Below, one piece after another: positions 6,057-10,380 of a stretch of DNA of 10,380 nt. The translations under genes were made by a program, and so were the position numbers. The notes beneath the pieces were generated by a model. That model did no database searches. It saw only the letters and a list, made by a program, of their open reading frames with translations, and was not told the origin of the DNA. The stretch comes from Candidatus Subterrananammoxibius californiae (GTDB lineage: Bacteria; Planctomycetota; Brocadiia; Brocadiales; Subterrananammoxibiaceae). Positions within the stretch are counted from its first letter, which is position 1; every line of letters starts with the position of its first letter. The stretch lies in contig JAURAC010000055.1 in NCBI GenBank assembly GCA_030586555.1, positions 1-10,380 of the forward strand, written 5' to 3'.

Positions 6057-7277
6057 TTATTCTCCACTACACGCCTCGGTAGCTGCGCTATAAACAAGTT
6101 TCAATGGCACATTTCTTTCTTCCGCTATTTTCTTACAATCCTCGTATTCAGGAGAAATACTTTTTATCTGCCCATCGAGGCGTCCAATCTTGACCCTTAC
6201 CGTACCATATTTTGTTTCCACCTGGGTTATCTCGCGCTCCAAGATCTTTCGGCTTATTTTGTAAGTTCTTATGCCAAAGGTCGTGGATTGGTCAAAGAGG
6301 ATAGCCTCGACCCTTGCTAATGCCTGTTCAGGTGCAAGCGCTGTTAGCAAAATGGCTGGACGACATTTCTTCATTTGTATTGGTGTTGTATAGACATCTA
6401 CAGCCCCGGCTTCAAATAACTTGTCAAAGATATAACCACAAATCTCCCCCGTCATATCGTCAATATTGGTCTCTATAACCCATATCTCCTCTGCTGCAGC
6501 TGCAGGTAAAACCTCACCTATTACAACCCTCAAAAGATTAGGAAGTTCCGGGTTATCCCTGTTCCCTGCGCCATAGCCAACCTGGGACAATGAGAGCGTC
6601 GGGTACTTATCCTTTGCCTCCCCGAGAGTGGCTAAAATTGCAGCCCCAGTCGGAGTCACAAGCTCATAAGGGATACTGGTAGAATCCACCTGAAAGCCTT
6701 TTAAGAGCTCAAGTGTTACGGGGCTCGGAATGGGCAGTCGCCCATGAAGGCATTCCATGTAACCGTAACCTGTACGCATGGGGGATGCATAAATCTTTTC
6801 TATACCCAACCCCTTAATAGCTATTACAGAGCCAACAATGTCAACAATTGCATCTACCGCGCCTACTTCGTGGAAATACGCCTCAGTTACCAGCGTACTA
6901 TGAACCTTAGACTCTGCCTCTGCCAACCGCAGAAATACTTTTTTACTGTCTGTCTTTACATCCTCATTAACACTACTATTATCAATTATGTTATAAATAT
7001 CTTCAACCTTTCGGTGTGCATGTCCTTGAGTCCTGTACCTTGAGTCTTGACTCCTGACCCCTAACTCTTTCGGTACCTCTTTCCGAATCACCACATCTAC
7101 CTTAGTTCCACCAATTCCACAACGTTTGACTTTCTGGGACGTAATATTAAATGAAGGAAGATTGAGTTTGCTAAGCTCTTGTTTAAGCGTGGCAAAGTCA
7201 AAACCCGCATCAACAAGCGCCCCCAGAATCATATCGCCACTTGCACCAGAAAAGCAGTCAAAATACGCTATCTTCAA
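6057..7277 (-). CDS. larC: Nickel-pincer cofactor biosynthesis protein LarC (full length, single frame, TTG start)
   Basis: YFDCFSGASGDMILGALVD, FHEVGAVDAIVDIVG, HGRLPIPSP, ELVTPTGAAIL, IETNIDD, PIQMKKCRP, TTFGIR and PEYEDC motifs. Confidence 0.95.
   Translation of the reverse strand: MKIAYFDCFSGASGDMILGALVDAGFDFATLKQELSKLNLPSFNITSQKVKRCGIGGTKVDVVIRKEVPKELGVRSQDSRYRTQGHAHRKVEDIYNIIDNSSVNEDVKTDSKKVFLRLAEAESKVHSTLVTEAYFHEVGAVDAIVDIVGSVIAIKGLGIEKIYASPMRTGYGYMECLHGRLPIPSPVTLELLKGFQVDSTSIPYELVTPTGAAILATLGEAKDKYPTLSLSQVGYGAGNRDNPELPNLLRVVIGEVLPAAAAEEIWVIETNIDDMTGEICGYIFDKLFEAGAVDVYTTPIQMKKCRPAILLTALAPEQALARVEAILFDQSTTFGIRTYKISRKILEREITQVETKYGTVRVKIGRLDGQIKSISPEYEDCKKIAEERNVPLKLVYSAATEACSGE
7025..7066. 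repeat. Six degenerate heptamers (42 bp, frame-preserving) inside larC
   Basis: cttgagt cctgtac cttgagt cttgact cctgacc cctaact; encodes roughly ELGVRSQDSRYRTQG on the minus strand. Confidence 0.85.
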
Positions 7278-7332
7278 AATGGGTTATCCCTTCAAGCTTA
7301 CAAGAATTAACAATTGTATATCAACCATCTTC

Positions 7333-7361
7333 AACATAGCATACGCTATTCCTTTAGTCAA
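7333..7361 (-). promoter_or_regulatory. Putative sigma70 promoter for larC-rnfEAB
   Basis: Minus strand TTGACT-17 nt-TATGTT with extended -10 TG, about 55 nt upstream of the larC start. Confidence 0.55.
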
Positions 7362-7455
7362 GGAAAATAGAAGTGCTGTGTTAGCAACATAAAAATGTCC
7401 TGTTGTAAAAAGGAGGAATACGAATACGGCGAAACACAGGATTGCAGATGTGCGA

Positions 7456-7483
7456 GTAGGGGCGTATTACAATACGCCCCTAC
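7456..7483. repeat. 28-bp GTAG-type REP palindrome
   Basis: gtaggggcgtatt-ac-aatacgcccctac, perfect 13-bp arms. Confidence 0.92.
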
Positions 7484-7551
7484 CATTTTGTAGTACGGCA
7501 AAGTTTATGAATAGTTTGGGTTAAATAGTTGTTGTCCACATTATTCAGGCA

Positions 7552-7624
7552 GGGTGGCATGGACAAACTGACACGCAGTATCATTCTGAAGCGTAGCCGA
7601 AGAATCTCGTTTGTTTGTCCGTGC
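7552..7624 (+). repeat. GGGTGGCATGGACAAAC REP-like hairpin with a ~41-bp insert in its loop
   Basis: gggtggcatggacaaact [7570-7610] ttgtttgtccgtgc; the arms match the uninterrupted copies at 9240-9270 and 9314-9344. Confidence 0.88.
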
Positions 7625-7643
7625 CCTTAGCCATCCGTATCAT

Positions 7644-9215
7644 TTACCGTTTCAGAATACCAGTCAACCCCGCCACACCCACAGGCACAAGAACCCAACC
7701 AGCTATTTTTAGAATTATGGCAATGGTTGAAAACTTTATTCCACAAAAGGTATTAGAGGAGGCTATCCACTTTGACCCAAACGGAATCTCCATTGGCAGG
7801 AAGAATCTTACACTTAACCAAAACCCGTCACACCAACCGTGTGGAACACCCCGATCTTGGTTGGTATTTGAAGACCCCTCTTCAGCGGTTAGCTGTTGAG
7901 TCTCCTGCTTCAGTTCAATCGCCCTATCAATTTGAAAAACGGCTGTCCCAATTATCACTGCAATAACGCTGGCTATTAAGATACGCCATATATGTACTCC
8001 ATATCCAACGAGCCACTTATGAACCAAACGCCCAATCCATATTAAGCGTTCCTTCCTTTCTTTGTACAGCGCTGTCTCCTTTTCCTTCCGTGCATAGTAC
8101 ACCTCGTTTGCCAACCTGTCCTGCCCAGCCCTACGGAACGTCTCTTCCAACTGAGTAAAGGGCTGGCGGTCGTATGGATAGAGCCGATTCATGAGTTCTT
8201 CCCAGATACTGGTGGGCTCAATACGTTCGTAAGTGCACCCCCGCAGGTCAATCGTTCCAAGGAACTGTTTCGCCGGGTCTCTGTCAAAAAAGCAGGTCCT
8301 GAATGAGATGTTCTGAAAGATGACATTCTTGTCAAAGACCGTTCCTTCAAAAATGGCGTCCATTTTAAACTGCGCAGTATAAAAATTGGCGTATTCTTTA
8401 AAATGTGCATTCGTAAACCCAGCATTACCCCCAATCTGGGCGCTTCCAAAGTCGGCATCACCCTCGAAGGTGGCTGGTCTAAAGAAAGCATGCCCCTCGA
8501 TCTGGGCACTGTTGAAGTTAGCCTTTTGCTTAAATACGGCTCCATCAAACTCGGCATTACCCCCAATCTGGGCGCTTATAAAGTCGGCATCTCCTTCAAA
8601 GGTGGCTTGATTGAATGCGGCAAGTTCTTCGATCTGGGCACTGTTGAAGTTAGCCTTTTGCTTAAATACGGCACAGGTGAACTCAGCTGCACCTCCGATC
8701 AGAGTTTTTAAGAAGGAGGCTTCCCCATCCTCGAAGATACTCTTCTCGAGGAAGATGTCTTTTTTGATGGTAGTCCGGGCAAAGATAGCCCCCTTCTTGA
8801 ATGTGGTGGACTCGCAGTAGAAAACCCCTGTAACAGAGAGGTCAACAAAATTGGCTGCCTTAAAGGTTGCATTATTCAGAAAGATGTCCTTCTCTGCCGT
8901 GGCTGCGCTGAAGTTTGCATCACCTTCAAACGTCGAGCCGTTGAGTCTCAGGACCTGTTTAAAGGTTGCGTACGAGCAGTCCACAAGGCCCTTGAACATT
9001 GTCCCCTCAATGGTGACCTTGCCTTCGACGACCACAGACTCAAGGTTAAAGTCCCCCTCTATAACCGCATTTCTTATCTCTACTGTCTTCCCAGCCTTGA
9101 GTGCCTCAACAACCTCCTGGGCGGAGATTGGATACTTTTCCCTGTCCTTCTCGCTGTAGTCATCTGGCAGGACGTATTTCAAGAGTTGGGATGTTTCTTC
9201 TTTAGTGGGCTGCAT
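7644..9215 (-). CDS. Pentapeptide-repeat protein with C-terminal membrane domain (523 aa)
   Basis: ATG 9215 follows GGGAGGG; the longer track start lies within repeats. 11-residue periodic repeats (ATFEGDADFIS, AVFKQKANFNS), then WLVGYGVHIWRILI and hydrophobic C-terminal helices. Confidence 0.88.
   Translation of the reverse strand: MQPTKEETSQLLKYVLPDDYSEKDREKYPISAQEVVEALKAGKTVEIRNAVIEGDFNLESVVVEGKVTIEGTMFKGLVDCSYATFKQVLRLNGSTFEGDANFSAATAEKDIFLNNATFKAANFVDLSVTGVFYCESTTFKKGAIFARTTIKKDIFLEKSIFEDGEASFLKTLIGGAAEFTCAVFKQKANFNSAQIEELAAFNQATFEGDADFISAQIGGNAEFDGAVFKQKANFNSAQIEGHAFFRPATFEGDADFGSAQIGGNAGFTNAHFKEYANFYTAQFKMDAIFEGTVFDKNVIFQNISFRTCFFDRDPAKQFLGTIDLRGCTYERIEPTSIWEELMNRLYPYDRQPFTQLEETFRRAGQDRLANEVYYARKEKETALYKERKERLIWIGRLVHKWLVGYGVHIWRILIASVIAVIIGTAVFQIDRAIELKQETQQLTAEEGSSNTNQDRGVPHGWCDGFWLSVRFFLPMEIPFGSKWIASSNTFCGIKFSTIAIILKIAGWVLVPVGVAGLTGILKR
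8422..8672. repeat. 132-bp-period internal duplication in the pentapeptide gene
   Basis: 8497-8540 is identical to 8629-8672 (44 bp); gcattacccccaatctgggcgctt occurs at 8422 and 8554. Confidence 0.93.
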
Positions 9216-9239
9216 AATCTTCCCTCCCGCTCCACAAGT

Positions 9240-9344
9240 GGGTGGCATGGACAAACTCGTTTGTCCGTGCTCCCCCTTGCTATGTTCGCACAGCGAATCT
9301 GTCTCATGTACGACACGGACAAACAAAGTTTGTCCATGCCACCC
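9240..9344. repeat. Inverted doublet of GGGTGGCATGGACAAAC REP-like hairpins (REPIN-like) with a central mini-hairpin
   Basis: gggtggcatggacaaactcgtttgtccgtgc (9240-9270), ttcgc-aca-gcgaa (9285-9297), cacggacaaacaaagtttgtccatgccaccc (9314-9344). Confidence 0.92.
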
Positions 9345-9350
9345 GTCCTA

Positions 9351-9378
9351 CCTACTGTCTACTGTTTGCTGTCTACTT
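9351..9378. repeat. Four degenerate heptamers overlapping the murQ stop codon
   Basis: cctactg tctactg tttgctg tctactt; the cta at 9373-9375 is the TAG of murQ. Confidence 0.75.
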
Positions 9379-10308
9379 ATTTTCAGGGTTTTTTATGACT
9401 TCCCTTACAAAGCCGTTATGCTCAGCCAATCTTTTCACCGCATCCTCACGGTTAATCTTTAGCGCATGCATTACAATTGCGACCTTTGCGTTTCCACCAG
9501 CATTTTTAAGAAGCATGCTTGAAGAACTCCTGTCGAGACCAGACGCAGTCATTACAATCCTCTCAGCCCTGTCTTTGAGCTTTTCATTGGTGGCGCATAG
9601 GTCAACCATTAGATTCTGATACACCTTCCCCATCTTAATCATGATGGTGGTTGTCAGGGTATTAAGAACAAGCTTCGTTGCCGTTCCAGCCTTCATCCTT
9701 GTGGAGCCAGTAATTACCTCTGGACCAGTTATTGGGTTTATAATAACATCTGCCTGTTGTAGAGGCACGTTGCAACGTGCCCCTACCAGACTTGGGTTGG
9801 GGTTGCATGTAAGGAAGATTATCTTTGCGCCAATCCTTTTTGCCTCAAGGAGCGCACCCAGAACAAACGGGGTTGTACCGCCAGTTGCAATGCCCATAAC
9901 TGCATCTTTATGGTTTACGCCCTTATCCCGAATTACCCGTACGCCATCACCCTCATTATCCTCTGCGCCTTCAACAGACCTTGTAAGGGCAGGTTCACCA
10001 CCTGCGATGATGCCGCAAACGAGTCCCGGGTCGGTTCCAAAAGTCGGAGGACATTCAGAGGCGTCCAGCACCCCCAGCCTCCCACTTGTTCCTGCTCCAA
10101 CATAAAAAAGGCGTCCACCGTTTTTGAAGGCTTCAACGGTCAGGTCAATCGCCTTTGCAATATTATGGCGTTCCCGATGGACTGCACCAATAACCTTTTT
10201 GTCCTCAGCATTAATTATATCAACTATCTCAATAGTTGTTTTGCCGTCTATGTCGTTGGTATTCGGGTTTCTCTGTTCGGTTACTAATTTTGAACGGTCC
10301 ATATCCAT
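9373..10308 (-). CDS. murQ: N-acetylmuramic acid 6-phosphate etherase
   Basis: TEQRNP, GGRLFYVGAGTSGRLGVLDASECPPTFG, GPEVITGSTRMKAGTATKLVLN and MGKVYQNLMVD motifs. Start probably ATG 10308 or 10302; the track's extension to 10359 runs through a repeat. Confidence 0.96.
   Translation of the reverse strand: MDMDRSKLVTEQRNPNTNDIDGKTTIEIVDIINAEDKKVIGAVHRERHNIAKAIDLTVEAFKNGGRLFYVGAGTSGRLGVLDASECPPTFGTDPGLVCGIIAGGEPALTRSVEGAEDNEGDGVRVIRDKGVNHKDAVMGIATGGTTPFVLGALLEAKRIGAKIIFLTCNPNPSLVGARCNVPLQQADVIINPITGPEVITGSTRMKAGTATKLVLNTLTTTIMIKMGKVYQNLMVDLCATNEKLKDRAERIVMTASGLDRSSSSMLLKNAGGNAKVAIVMHALKINREDAVKRLAEHNGFVREVIKNPENK
9759..9786. repeat. 28-bp GTAG-type REP palindrome inside the murQ coding sequence
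   Basis: gtagaggcacgttgcaacgtgcccctac, palindromic with one mismatch; same length and ends as 7456-7483; translated as VGARCNVPL(Q). Confidence 0.92.
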
Positions 10309-10325
10309 TGTTTTTGCTATTTTTC

Positions 10326-10380
10326 GGTAGACAACGATGTTTAACATCGTTGAAATCAACGGACATAAAGTCCGTTGTCT
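10326..10380. repeat. Inverted doublet of GGTAGACAACG REP-like hairpins, truncated by the window end
   Basis: ggtagac-aacgatg-tttaa-catcgttg (10326-10352) and caacggac-ataaa-gtccgttg-tct (10357-10380). Confidence 0.88.

Noticed and set aside
7990..8015. VGYG in the pentapeptide protein as a potassium-channel selectivity filter
   Set aside because: It lies before the first hydrophobic helix rather than in a loop between helices, and lacks the preceding Thr of TxGYG.
1239..8672. Diversity-generating retroelement template/variable pairs from the 63-bp and 132-bp duplications
   Set aside because: Copies are tandem and in frame within one gene, mismatches are not restricted to adenines, and no reverse transcriptase is present.
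9216..9326. N-terminal extensions in the ORF track (pentapeptide gene to 9326; also rsmE to 3718 and murQ to 10359)
   Set aside because: They begin within or run through REP-like repeats; downstream ATGs fit the ribosome-binding site or family N-terminus better.
1757..10330. Numerous plus-strand and off-frame ORFs overlapping manC, rsmE, rnf genes, larC, the pentapeptide gene and murQ
   Set aside because: Antisense or off-frame shadows of conserved genes, with no independent family signal.
3710..10380. CRISPR array or integron attC interpretation of the palindromes
   Set aside because: No regularly spaced direct repeats with unique spacers, no cas or integrase gene, and no evident attC core-site boundaries.

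Overview
Bacterial chromosomal window, mostly minus-strand housekeeping genes. A divergent pair sits at the left: a partial secreted LVIVD-repeat protein (minus strand, missed by the ORF track) and a secreted carboxypeptidase-regulatory-like/cupredoxin-type protein (plus strand). The minus strand then carries murQ, a pentapeptide-repeat membrane protein, larC-rnfE-rnfA-rnfB (no rnfC/D/G in the window), rsmE and a mannose-1-phosphate guanylyltransferase. A Planctomycetota (Brocadiia-like) origin is a tentative impression only. The distinctive feature is a dense set of at least six short palindromic or tandem repeat families. They fill every intergenic gap longer than a few bases, show compensatory stem changes and nest inside each other (one with an apparent 6-bp target duplication). 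They also sit in frame inside MurQ and LarC, overlap the rnfB ribosome-binding site and the murQ stop codon, and flank a promoter as a perfect 28-bp inverted repeat. No transposase, integrase, invertase, CRISPR array or RNA gene was seen. All calls come from reading the sequence; no database search was run.
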